DNA of 59,347 nucleotides from positions 1-59,347 of the IMG/VR virus record IMGVR_UViG_3300032288_004867. One strand, given 5' to 3'. The notes beneath the pieces are model-generated. The model was not told where the DNA came from and searched no databases. It saw only the letters and a program-made list of their open reading frames with translations. The stretch comes from a virus. Lineage: Duplodnaviria; Caudoviricetes. Positions 10,200 through 19,596 of the stretch are shown piece by piece (the stretch's first letter is position 1; every line of letters starts with the position of its first letter). Position numbers and translations under genes: made by a program.

Positions 10200-10266
10200 T
10201 TTCTTTTATTTTTTAATTCTTTTTATTTGTTATCTTTTAATAAATATTGACAATTCTATTTTTTTT

Positions 10267-10297
10267 AAAAAAAGGGTTGAATAAACAACCCTTTTTT
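10267..10297. terminator. Terminator between sheath and tube genes
   Basis: A7-GGGTTG-AATAAA-CAACCC-T6. Confidence 0.85.
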
Positions 10298-10307
10298 ATT
10301 TTATTTT

Positions 10308-13139
10308 TTAGATATCATCAAATGATGCACCAGTTGGTACGATGTTAAATTCTACACATATAAATTCTAACGCTCTAGTTGGTTTTAAGAATATTCTACC
10401 ACATAACTCATTTCTATCAATTGATTCTGGAGTTACATCAAGAACAACTCTAAAGTCTGTTAAACCTCTTTGTGACCTAATATTGTCTAATATTGGGTTA
10501 ACCAAACTTAAGAACTGATTTCTAACGATATCATCATTTTGTTCGAATAGTAATCTAATTGCAACAGCAGAAATAAGTTTTCTAGCTTGTAACAATAGTC
10601 TTCTAACATTGATTCTATCAAGAGCACTTTCTTTAACTTGTAATGTTTTATTACCCCAAATTTTAATACCTTCAGATGCGAATGTTGCAATTGGGTTAAT
10701 TCTATTTTCGTATAATGTATCTCTTTCACCTAAAGTTAACTTAACTCTAGCTTTGATAGCATCAACATCACCTCTTTGAACACCAGCTACAGCGAACCAT
10801 GGGAATGCGATATTATCCGTTAAAGCTATGTTTCTAACAACATCTCTTGTTGGTGGCACATAGATATAAACATTATTCTCAGCATCGTTAATTTGAATCC
10901 ATGGCCAGTAAGTACATGTGTAGTTACTATCAAATTGACCATATAATTGGTCAGCAACATCTTCTGGTAATAATACCTCACCTCCAGCATCAGTATCTGG
11001 TGTTGTAACAATGTATAAAGAGTCAGCTCTATCTTGCTCAACCATTTCAATAGCTTCTTCAATTAAGTTAGTATTGCTAAATGTATCAATACCTGGAGTT
11101 GCAAATACGTTAATATTTGTTGCTTCTGGATTTTTAAATGTCCAAATAGCTTCTAAGTATGCGTAATAATCAGATGTAATACCTGGGTCACCATTAGATA
11201 ATGTTCTATTACTAAAAGTACCATTAACCAAACCAACAGAACCTTTTGTACCATTAATTAAATAAGGGTCAGTGTTTGTTCTTCTTGTTCTATATGGGTC
11301 CCAACCATCAAATCCACCATAAGGTACAAAGGTAAACTTACGAGAATATAATTTTTCATATGAAGTACCTTCTAATTGGAAATCATTTTGGAAAGGACAA
11401 CAACCAGTTTCGAATTCATATACTGGACAATATGTACCACCAGATGCATTTATAACAACACAAACATTATCAATTGTTGCCATACTAGCACCACTATCCA
11501 TGTGGAATCCTTTTGTTAATCCAGTCCACATATCAATAACTGAACTATCTGGCGCACCTTTATAATCAAAGAAATCTTGGTCAATACCTTTTGTATCAGT
11601 TAAACCTAAATAATATTTACGTTTGTTTTCAAATACACCATAATCTTTTTTATATTCAATTGTTGGTGCTTGAACATTTGTGTTACCATTTTCAGTATAA
11701 TCTCTTTGTGGGTAACCAACAAATCCAGCTGGGAAAGATTCTTTATTATCTGAATCATCCATTTCAATTAATACATAATTAGACATTGAAGGAAATTCAC
11801 CATCTAATGTACCTATTCTTTTAGCAATATAATTATTAGATGCTGGATTCATAGAACATCTACTAAATGATTCTAAAACATTTGGTCTAGCATCTGTGTC
11901 ATAATAACTTCTAACAATTAAATCAAATTCTTTTAAATCTGGTTGAATATTTCTAATTGATATTTTAAATTGTTTATTTGCTGCATCACCATCAGAAATA
12001 GTCCAAAGTCTAAATAATCTAAATACGTTAGTACCACGAAGTTCAGATACAACCCATGGTGTTACAGCTGGTTGGAATTCTTTTTTGAAATCATCAAATG
12101 CTTTATCGTATTCAACTAAATTAGTTATATTAATACCTAAAACTTGTTCATTTGATATATAATCAGCAAACATATTTTCATATATTTCTTCAACAAATAT
12201 TGTTGTTTTACCATCTTGTGGGTCTCTACCTAAAACTCTTGGTAAATAATTTTTCTTAGTTTTATCAAAAGATAATACATAACTAAATGGTCCAGATATG
12301 CTACCAGTACCAAATATTTCAAATTCACCATATGGGTCAATTTCAGCTGTAGTAACACTAGTACCAAAACCGATTTGTGTATTTGCAGAAATTTCAAATA
12401 CTAATTGCTCATTACCATTATATTTACCTCTAGACCTTAATAAAGTCAAAAGTTTACCCTCAACATTAGAATAACCAGCACCAGAATATTGAATTGTAAT
12501 ACCTGAAGTTGTACCAGTTGTACCATTTGAGTCAGATACTGTAGATGTCAATGTTAAACCAACAGTTTCAGCACCTTGAAATACTGTACCAACCTTTTCA
12601 AATGTTTCTGGGATATCAGAAACTGGACCAACAGATGCAGAAACTAAATAATCAAGACCTATCACATTATTATTCCATAAACTTTGTATAACTGAGTTTG
12701 TTGAAACTAAATTAGTTATTGAACCAGTTGAATCAGCAGTAAATGAAATTAATGGGTCATTTGAAGTAGTTGAAGCAATACCAACTGTTGATGGGTCTAA
12801 TGCTGAACTTAACGTTATACCCCATGCTCTACCACCATCATAACCAGAAAACCCTAATACTCTGGTAACAAATAATTGATTTGATTGTGATAAATATGAT
12901 TTTGCAATATATGGTAATTCATATTTAGGGGCACCATTATCTTTTACTCTAGTCGCATTACAAGAACCAAAGAATGATACAAACTCATCGTAGTTTGAAA
13001 CAAAAATAGGTTGAAATGCTGGACCTTGTGTTGTTTCACCAACTAACCCCAATGTTGTTACACCAACCTGACGTGTAACGAATGTTAAGTCTTTCTCTGA
13101 GGTATAGACACCTGGACTGACGAATACTTTATCTGCCAT
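10308..13139 (-). CDS. Tail sheath protein (T4 gp18-like)
   Basis: FVSPGVYTSEKD, WFAVAGVQRG, LYENRINPI, WGNKTL, DRINVRRLL, LFEQND, KPTRALEFI. Confidence 0.97.
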   Translation of the reverse strand: MADKVFVSPGVYTSEKDLTFVTRQVGVTTLGLVGETTQGPAFQPIFVSNYDEFVSFFGSCNATRVKDNGAPKYELPYIAKSYLSQSNQLFVTRVLGFSGYDGGRAWGITLSSALDPSTVGIASTTSNDPLISFTADSTGSITNLVSTNSVIQSLWNNNVIGLDYLVSASVGPVSDIPETFEKVGTVFQGAETVGLTLTSTVSDSNGTTGTTSGITIQYSGAGYSNVEGKLLTLLRSRGKYNGNEQLVFEISANTQIGFGTSVTTAEIDPYGEFEIFGTGSISGPFSYVLSFDKTKKNYLPRVLGRDPQDGKTTIFVEEIYENMFADYISNEQVLGINITNLVEYDKAFDDFKKEFQPAVTPWVVSELRGTNVFRLFRLWTISDGDAANKQFKISIRNIQPDLKEFDLIVRSYYDTDARPNVLESFSRCSMNPASNNYIAKRIGTLDGEFPSMSNYVLIEMDDSDNKESFPAGFVGYPQRDYTENGNTNVQAPTIEYKKDYGVFENKRKYYLGLTDTKGIDQDFFDYKGAPDSSVIDMWTGLTKGFHMDSGASMATIDNVCVVINASGGTYCPVYEFETGCCPFQNDFQLEGTSYEKLYSRKFTFVPYGGFDGWDPYRTRRTNTDPYLINGTKGSVGLVNGTFSNRTLSNGDPGITSDYYAYLEAIWTFKNPEATNINVFATPGIDTFSNTNLIEEAIEMVEQDRADSLYIVTTPDTDAGGEVLLPEDVADQLYGQFDSNYTCTYWPWIQINDAENNVYIYVPPTRDVVRNIALTDNIAFPWFAVAGVQRGDVDAIKARVKLTLGERDTLYENRINPIATFASEGIKIWGNKTLQVKESALDRINVRRLLLQARKLISAVAIRLLFEQNDDIVRNQFLSLVNPILDNIRSQRGLTDFRVVLDVTPESIDRNELCGRIFLKPTRALEFICVEFNIVPTGASFDDI

Positions 13140-13239
13140 TATTTACTTTTTTAATTTAATTATTATCTTGACTCATTTTATAATAAATATATCGATAAAA
13201 TCGAAAAACTTTTTTTTGTTGTTTTACAACAAAAATTAG

Positions 13240-13266
13240 TATGATAAAAGTAATACTTTTGTCATA
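13240..13266. promoter_or_regulatory. Palindromic operator-like site
   Basis: TATGATAAAAGTA-A-TACTTTTGTCATA (13-bp arms, one mismatch). A second inverted repeat lies at 13213-13235. Confidence 0.65.
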
Positions 13267-13284
13267 TTTATTATAAAAACTATT

Positions 13285-13434
13285 ATGAAGCGTACAAAAA
13301 ACCTTAAAATAACCCCAAATACTCATAAATTATTAAAAGAGTATTGTGAAGAAAATGGTCTTAAAATGTTTTCTTTTGTTGAGAAATTAATAAAAGAAAA
13401 ATGTACTAAACCAAAAGATTTATATGATGAATAA
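13285..13434 (+). CDS. Ribbon-helix-helix DNA-binding protein (49 aa)
   Basis: MKRTKNLKITPNTHKLLKEYCEENGLKMFSFVEKLIKEKCTKPKDLYDE fits a strand-helix-G-helix pattern. Below the ORF-track cutoff and followed by a terminator. Confidence 0.8.
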   Translation: MKRTKNLKITPNTHKLLKEYCEENGLKMFSFVEKLIKEKCTKPKDLYDE

Positions 13435-13460
13435 AAAAAGGTTGGGAAACCCCAACCTTT
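13433..13460. terminator. Bidirectional terminator between convergent genes
   Basis: AAAGGTTGGG-AAAC-CCCAACCTTT. Confidence 0.85.
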
Positions 13461-13483
13461 ATTTTTATTATTATGTTTTAAAT

Positions 13484-14389
13484 TTACACTATTGAAGCTA
13501 TTACAGCACCAGCATCTGTAATGGTTAATTTATATCTTGTACCGTTTGGACTTTTCATAATAACACCTTCACCAGTTTCAGCTAATTCAATTTTAGGCAT
13601 ATATACAGTGTCACTATCTGAACCTGTAATATTTTGACCACCAATAACTGCACTTCTATTTCCAAATGCTGTTGAATTAGTTGAATGAACAAATGATGCA
13701 GTTCCTGATGCTAATGAACTAACACCTCCAGCATGTGAATATTGACCATTAGCAGTTGTTTGACTACCTTCAGTATGAGATAGTTCACCATTGGCTTTTG
13801 TTAAATAACCTTCAGCATGTGAATAATCACCTTTTGCAAAAGTACCATAACCCTCAGCATGTGAATAATTACCACCAGCTGTTGTTTGACTACCCTCAGC
13901 ATGTGAAGTTAAACCACTAGCTATTGTTTGACCACCTTCAGTATGTGAATAAGCACCACTAGAAGTTGTATAACCACCTTCAGCATGTGAATAATTACCA
14001 ACGCTTGTTGTATAACTACCTTCAGCATGTGACCCAGTACCAATTGCTTTTGTATTATAATTTTGAGAATGTGAATAAGCACCACTAGCTATTGTTGAAT
14101 TACCTTCAGCATGTGACCTAATACCACTAGATGTTGAACTATCTCCTTCAGCATGTGAACCTTCACCAATTGCTGTAGTATATAAACCTTCAGCATGTGT
14201 ATAATTACCTTGTGCTTTTGTAAATAAACCCTCAGCATGTGATGAACTACCACTTGCTGTGGTTGAATTACCTTCAGCATGTGCTGATTGACCACTAGCA
14301 ATTGTATAATTACCTTCAGCAACACTTCCTTTAATTTGAACTAAATCAGATGTGTAACCTGATATTATATCTACCTTAATTTGACTCAT
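13484..14389 (-). CDS. SHAEG-repeat (YadA-head-like beta-roll) fibre protein, type B
   Basis: About 14 14-aa repeats. N-terminus MSQIKVDIISG, C-terminus IMKSPNGTRYKLTI. Confidence 0.75.
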   Translation of the reverse strand: MSQIKVDIISGYTSDLVQIKGSVAEGNYTIASGQSAHAEGNSTTASGSSSHAEGLFTKAQGNYTHAEGLYTTAIGEGSHAEGDSSTSSGIRSHAEGNSTIASGAYSHSQNYNTKAIGTGSHAEGSYTTSVGNYSHAEGGYTTSSGAYSHTEGGQTIASGLTSHAEGSQTTAGGNYSHAEGYGTFAKGDYSHAEGYLTKANGELSHTEGSQTTANGQYSHAGGVSSLASGTASFVHSTNSTAFGNRSAVIGGQNITGSDSDTVYMPKIELAETGEGVIMKSPNGTRYKLTITDAGAVIASIV

Positions 14390-14416
14390 TTTTTTTTATT
14401 TATTAATATTATTATT

Positions 14417-15064
14417 TTATGCTGGTGAAGTACTTAATGTACCATCATTTAATACTGTAACACGATATCTTGTACCATTTGGGCTTCTCATAATAATACC
14501 ATTAATATCTGTAAATTCAGTTGCTGACATATATACCATATTACTTACTGTACCATTAATATTATTACCTAAAACTATAGTATTAGTACCTGAAGCTGTT
14601 GAGTTATAACCATGAACAAATGAACCATCACCACTAGCTATTGTAATATTACCACTAGCATGTGAATATGCACCACTAGCTGTTGTGTAAGAACCTTCAG
14701 CATGTGACGAATTACCACTAGCTATTGTATAACTACCTTCAGCATGTGAACCAACACCATTAGCTGTTGTTACAATACCTTCAGCATGTGATGCATTACC
14801 AATTGCACTTGTGCCATCACCTTCAGCATGTGATGCTTGGCCATTACTTATTGTATTAGTACCCTCAGCATGTGAATAATTACCATTTGAAGATGAAAAA
14901 CCACCCTCAGCATGTGAATAATCACCACTAGCTGTTGTATTTCTACCTTCAGCATGTGATGCTATACCACTAGCTGTTGTGTTTAAACCTTCAGCAACTT
15001 TACCATCTATGGTAACCAAATTTGTTGTGAATCCAGATATTAAATCTACTTTTAATGTGCTCAT
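14417..15064 (-). CDS. SHAEG-repeat fibre protein, type B
   Basis: About 9 repeats. N-terminus MSTLKVDLISG, C-terminus IMRSPNGTRYRV. Confidence 0.75.
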   Translation of the reverse strand: MSTLKVDLISGFTTNLVTIDGKVAEGLNTTASGIASHAEGRNTTASGDYSHAEGGFSSSNGNYSHAEGTNTISNGQASHAEGDGTSAIGNASHAEGIVTTANGVGSHAEGSYTIASGNSSHAEGSYTTASGAYSHASGNITIASGDGSFVHGYNSTASGTNTIVLGNNINGTVSNMVYMSATEFTDINGIIMRSPNGTRYRVTVLNDGTLSTSPA

Positions 15065-15087
15065 TTTTTTTTATTTATTTTAATTTA

Positions 15088-18000
15088 TTATATTATTGTT
15101 AAAGTTGTACCAGCTGGTACTGTTACTGAATAACCTGGGTCAATAATTAATGGTGTTGGGTATGTTACAGTTGAATTGTAAGGTAAAACAACATCTTGAC
15201 CAATTGTTGTTGGTGTTGGTGACGTAATTGTAAATCCTAAATCAGAATAAGTTAAACCAACAACCCCACCAAGATTTGAACCATCACCATAAAAATAATC
15301 AGCTGTTATACTTGTAGCACTAATTGTGTTAGCAGTTACACCACTAGTAAATGTAACACCACTAGTAAAAATTGTTTCACCAGTTACGGTACCACCACTT
15401 AATGGTAAAAACTCACCAACAGCCCCACCACCAATTGTGGAAGCTGACCTATATTTAACTGTACCATCATTTGCTCTAACTAATACATCATCTAATGCAT
15501 TATCATTTGATGGTGTATAATTTATATTTAAATTAGGAACATATACAGTATCATCTGTATAACCTGTAATATTTTGTCCACCAATAATAGCACTTCTATC
15601 ACCACCTATGTTTGAATTTGTTGAATGTATAAATGAAGTTAAACCACTAGCAATTGAATAAGAACCACCAGCATGTGAATAATCACCTTGTGCTGTTGTA
15701 TTTCTACCTTCAGCATGTGAAAAATAACCAAAAGCTGTTGTTAAATAACCTTCAGCATGTGATGCCTCACCTTGTGCTGTTGTAGAATCACCCTCAGCAT
15801 GTGATGCATAACCAATTGCTTTTGTACCACTACCTTCAGCATGTGATGCCTCACCTTGTGCTGTTGTAGAATCACCCTCAACATGTGATGAATTACCAAT
15901 CGCTGTTGTTAAATAACCTTCAACATGTGATGAATTACCGCTTGCTGTAGTAAAATAACCTTCAGCATGTGACCTTTCACCAATAGCTGTTGTATTTCTA
16001 CCTTCAGCATGTGAATAATAACCAAAAGCTGTAGTAAACCAACCTTCAGTGTGTGATGCATCACCTATTGCTTTTGTTGTATAACCTTCAGCATGTGATA
16101 TATGTCCACTAGCTAATGAACCACTACCTTCAGCATGTGATGACTCACCAATCGCTGTTGTTAAATAACCTTCAACATGTGATGAATCACCGCTTGCTGT
16201 AGTAAAATAACCTTCAGCATGTGACATATCACCAATAGTTGTTGTATTTTGACCTTCAGCATGTGAAAAAGAACCAAAAGCTGTAGTAAACCAACCTTCA
16301 GTGTGTGATGCATCACCTATTGCTTTTGTTGTATAACCTTCAGCGTGTGAACTACTACCACTAGCTATTGAACCATTACCCTCAGCATGTGATGCAACAC
16401 CTTTAGCTGTTGTACCTGAACCTTCAGCATGTGAATAATCAACTAAGGCAGTTGTATAATAACCTTCAGAGTGTGCAGCTTGACCAATAGACCTTGTTAG
16501 CTCACCTTCAGCATGTGATGATTGACCACTTGCTATTGTTGAATTACCTTCAGCATGTGAACCAAAACCTTTTGTAATTGTATAACTACCTTCAGCATGT
16601 GACATATCACCAATAGCTGTTGTTTGAAGACCTTCAGCATGTGATGATTGACCAGATGCTATAGTACCTTCATATAATGTAAAACCATCAAAATAATAAC
16701 CACCTTCACCATGTGAACCATTACCTAATGCTTTTGTTTTATTACCTTCAGAGTGTGAATAATTACCACCAGCGGTTGTTAAATAACCTTCAGCATGTGA
16801 TGAACTACCACTAGCTATTGTTTCCCTACCTTCAGCATGTGATACGATACCAATAGCTTTTGCTTGAAAACCTTCAGCATGTGAATTTTGACCACTAGCT
16901 GTTGTGTTTCTACCTTCGGCATGTGAATAATTATGTTTAGCAGTTGTATACCAACCTTCAGCGTGTGATGAAAAACCACTAGAGATTGTATTATAACCTT
17001 CAGAATGTGAATAATTACCTAATGCCCTAGTATTAAAACCTTCAGCATGTGATGCTGTATTATTTGCAGTTGTTCCACTACCTTCAGCATGTGATGCAAT
17101 ACCTTTTGCTATTGCAGACCAACCTTCAGCATGTGATGTATCACCACTAGCTAATGTGAAATAACCCTCAACATGTGATGCAGCACCTTGCGCAGTTGTA
17201 TTACTACCTTCAGCATGTGACCTATTACCTAATGCTTTTGTTTGAAAACCTTCGGAATGTGACCAATTACCTTCTGCCAATGTACCACCACCTTCAGCGT
17301 GTGATATAATACCTTTTGCTACTGAACCATTACCTTCAGCATGTGATGTGTCACCACTTGCTATTGTATTAGCTCCTTCAGCATGTGATGCATAACCACT
17401 AGCTGTTGTTAATAAACCTTCAGCATGTGATACTGTATTATTTGCAGTTGTACCTGAACCTTCAGCATGCGAACTATCACCAGTTGCTTTTGTATTTTTA
17501 CCTTCAGCATGTGATGCGTTGTTACTTGCAGTTGTTTCATAACCTTCAGCATGTGATGCATAACCACTAGCTATTGTTGATTCACCTTCAGCATGTGATG
17601 CTATACTATTAGCTAATGTTAATACACCCTCAGCATGTGAACTATCACCAAGAGCCTTTGAATCACCACCTTCAGCATGTGATGCGGCACCACTTGCTGT
17701 CGTACCAGCACCTTCAGCATGTGAACTATCACCAGTTGCTTTTGTGTTTTGACCTTCAGCATGTGAATATTGATTACTAGCAGTTGTTCCAGCACCTTCA
17801 GCATGTGATGCATAACCACTAGCTATTGTACCTTCACCTTCAGCATGTGATGAAAAACCACTTGCTGTTGTATAAGAACCTTCAGCATGTGATATATCAC
17901 CAAGAGCCTTTGAATCACTACCTTCAGCATGTGATGCGGCACCAATAGCGGTTGTACCAGCACCTTCAACATGTGAAAACTGACCACTAGCTATTGTTAA

Positions 18001-18321
18001 ATAACCTTCAGCATGTGATGCTGTACTTGATGCAGTTGTACCTGAACCTTCAGCATGTGATGCATTACCACTTGCTAATGTATTACTACCTTCAGCAACA
18101 GCATAATTTCCAGTTGCGTCAATGCTACTAGCATTGTTTGCTTTAATTGAATTTGTCCCAGTTGAACCACTAACCCAAACACTAGATACACCAGTTAAAT
18201 TAGAACCGTCACCATAAAAGGTTGAACCAGATAAGTTACCGTTAACCTTTAAGTTACCGTTAATAGTTTGACCAGTCAATAATAATCCTTCTTGATTATT
18301 TATTATATAAGAAATGCTCAT
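15088..18321 (-). CDS. Long SHAEG-repeat fibre protein, type A
   Basis: About 58 repeats. N-terminus MSISYIINN, C-terminus SVTVPAGTTLTII. Confidence 0.75.
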   Translation of the reverse strand: MSISYIINNQEGLLLTGQTINGNLKVNGNLSGSTFYGDGSNLTGVSSVWVSGSTGTNSIKANNASSIDATGNYAVAEGSNTLASGNASHAEGSGTTASSTASHAEGYLTIASGQFSHVEGAGTTAIGAASHAEGSDSKALGDISHAEGSYTTASGFSSHAEGEGTIASGYASHAEGAGTTASNQYSHAEGQNTKATGDSSHAEGAGTTASGAASHAEGGDSKALGDSSHAEGVLTLANSIASHAEGESTIASGYASHAEGYETTASNNASHAEGKNTKATGDSSHAEGSGTTANNTVSHAEGLLTTASGYASHAEGANTIASGDTSHAEGNGSVAKGIISHAEGGGTLAEGNWSHSEGFQTKALGNRSHAEGSNTTAQGAASHVEGYFTLASGDTSHAEGWSAIAKGIASHAEGSGTTANNTASHAEGFNTRALGNYSHSEGYNTISSGFSSHAEGWYTTAKHNYSHAEGRNTTASGQNSHAEGFQAKAIGIVSHAEGRETIASGSSSHAEGYLTTAGGNYSHSEGNKTKALGNGSHGEGGYYFDGFTLYEGTIASGQSSHAEGLQTTAIGDMSHAEGSYTITKGFGSHAEGNSTIASGQSSHAEGELTRSIGQAAHSEGYYTTALVDYSHAEGSGTTAKGVASHAEGNGSIASGSSSHAEGYTTKAIGDASHTEGWFTTAFGSFSHAEGQNTTTIGDMSHAEGYFTTASGDSSHVEGYLTTAIGESSHAEGSGSLASGHISHAEGYTTKAIGDASHTEGWFTTAFGYYSHAEGRNTTAIGERSHAEGYFTTASGNSSHVEGYLTTAIGNSSHVEGDSTTAQGEASHAEGSGTKAIGYASHAEGDSTTAQGEASHAEGYLTTAFGYFSHAEGRNTTAQGDYSHAGGSYSIASGLTSFIHSTNSNIGGDRSAIIGGQNITGYTDDTVYVPNLNINYTPSNDNALDDVLVRANDGTVKYRSASTIGGGAVGEFLPLSGGTVTGETIFTSGVTFTSGVTANTISATSITADYFYGDGSNLGGVVGLTYSDLGFTITSPTPTTIGQDVVLPYNSTVTYPTPLIIDPGYSVTVPAGTTLTII

Positions 18322-18354
18322 AATATATTTTTTTTATTTATAAATATTATTTAA

Positions 18355-19563
18355 TTATGCTAAAGTTATACTAATAGTACCACCATTAGCAATTGTTAAT
18401 TTATATCTTGTACCATCTGGACTTTTCATAATAATACCTTCACTAGTTTCAGCAACTTCAAGTTTAGAAACATATACAGTATCATTAGCAGTACCTGTAA
18501 TATTTTTACCACCTAATACAACACTTCTATTACCACTAACTGTTGAACCTGATGAATGTATAAATGAATTTAAACCATCACTAACTGTCTCAAAACCACC
18601 AGCATGTGAATAATTACCATTAGCAATTGTATAATAACCTTCAGCATGTGATGCAACACCAACAGCATTAGTTAAATAACCTTCAGCATGTGAACCATTA
18701 CCAGTTGCTGTTGTTGTATAACCTTCAGCATGTGATGCATTACCAGTTGCTTTTGTGCCACTACCTTCAGCATGTGATGCTGTATTACTCGATGTTGTAT
18801 TATTACCTTCAGCATGTGCACCATAATTACCACTAGCGGTTGTAGCATAACCTTCAGCATGTGCACCAATATAACCACTAGCAACAGTACCAAATCCCTC
18901 AGAGTGTGGAGCATAAGTACCAGATGCAATTGTATCATAACCTTCAGCATGTGAAGCTTCACCATTCGCTTGTGTATTTCTACCTTCCGCATGTGATGCA
19001 ATACCACTAGCTGTTGTACCACTACCTTCAGCATGTGCTGCTGCATTTATTGTTGTTGTATTTTTACCTTCAACATGTGATGCCTCACCACTCGCTAATG
19101 TGAAATAACCTTCAGCATGTGAATAATCAGCAGACGCATAGCAAGTATAACCTTCAGCGTGTGATGCAGTAGAAGTAGCTGCGCTGTTCCACCCCTCAGC
19201 ATGTGATTTAGAACCAAGTGCAGTTGTTTGATAACCTTCAGCATGTGATGAAGTACCCTTTGCTTTACTTAATTGACCCTCAGCATGTGATGTATCAGCT
19301 TGAGCTGTTGTTTCAGAACCTTCAGCATGTGATGCATCACCTATTGCGGTTGTAATAACACCTTCAGCGTGTGAATAAAGACCACTAGCTATCGTATAAT
19401 AACCTTCAGCATGTGATTTGTTACCACTTGCTGTTGTTTGTTCACCTTCAGCATGTGATATTAAACCACTAGCTGTTGTTTGCTCACCTTCAGCAACACT
19501 TCCTTTAATTTGAACTAAATCAGTTGTATAACCTGATATTAAATCTACTTTTAATGTACTCAT
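18355..19563 (-). CDS. SHAEG-repeat fibre protein, type B
   Basis: About 21 repeats. N-terminus MSTLKVDLISG, C-terminus IMKSPDGTRYKLTI. Confidence 0.75.
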   Translation of the reverse strand: MSTLKVDLISGYTTDLVQIKGSVAEGEQTTASGLISHAEGEQTTASGNKSHAEGYYTIASGLYSHAEGVITTAIGDASHAEGSETTAQADTSHAEGQLSKAKGTSSHAEGYQTTALGSKSHAEGWNSAATSTASHAEGYTCYASADYSHAEGYFTLASGEASHVEGKNTTTINAAAHAEGSGTTASGIASHAEGRNTQANGEASHAEGYDTIASGTYAPHSEGFGTVASGYIGAHAEGYATTASGNYGAHAEGNNTTSSNTASHAEGSGTKATGNASHAEGYTTTATGNGSHAEGYLTNAVGVASHAEGYYTIANGNYSHAGGFETVSDGLNSFIHSSGSTVSGNRSVVLGGKNITGTANDTVYVSKLEVAETSEGIIMKSPDGTRYKLTIANGGTISITLA

Positions 19564-19596
19564 AATTTTTTTTGTTTTTATTTATTTATTTATATT

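Noticed and set aside
9711-13139. Bacterial eCIS or tailocin locus
   Set aside because: DNA polymerase B and neck/head-adaptor genes indicate a true phage.
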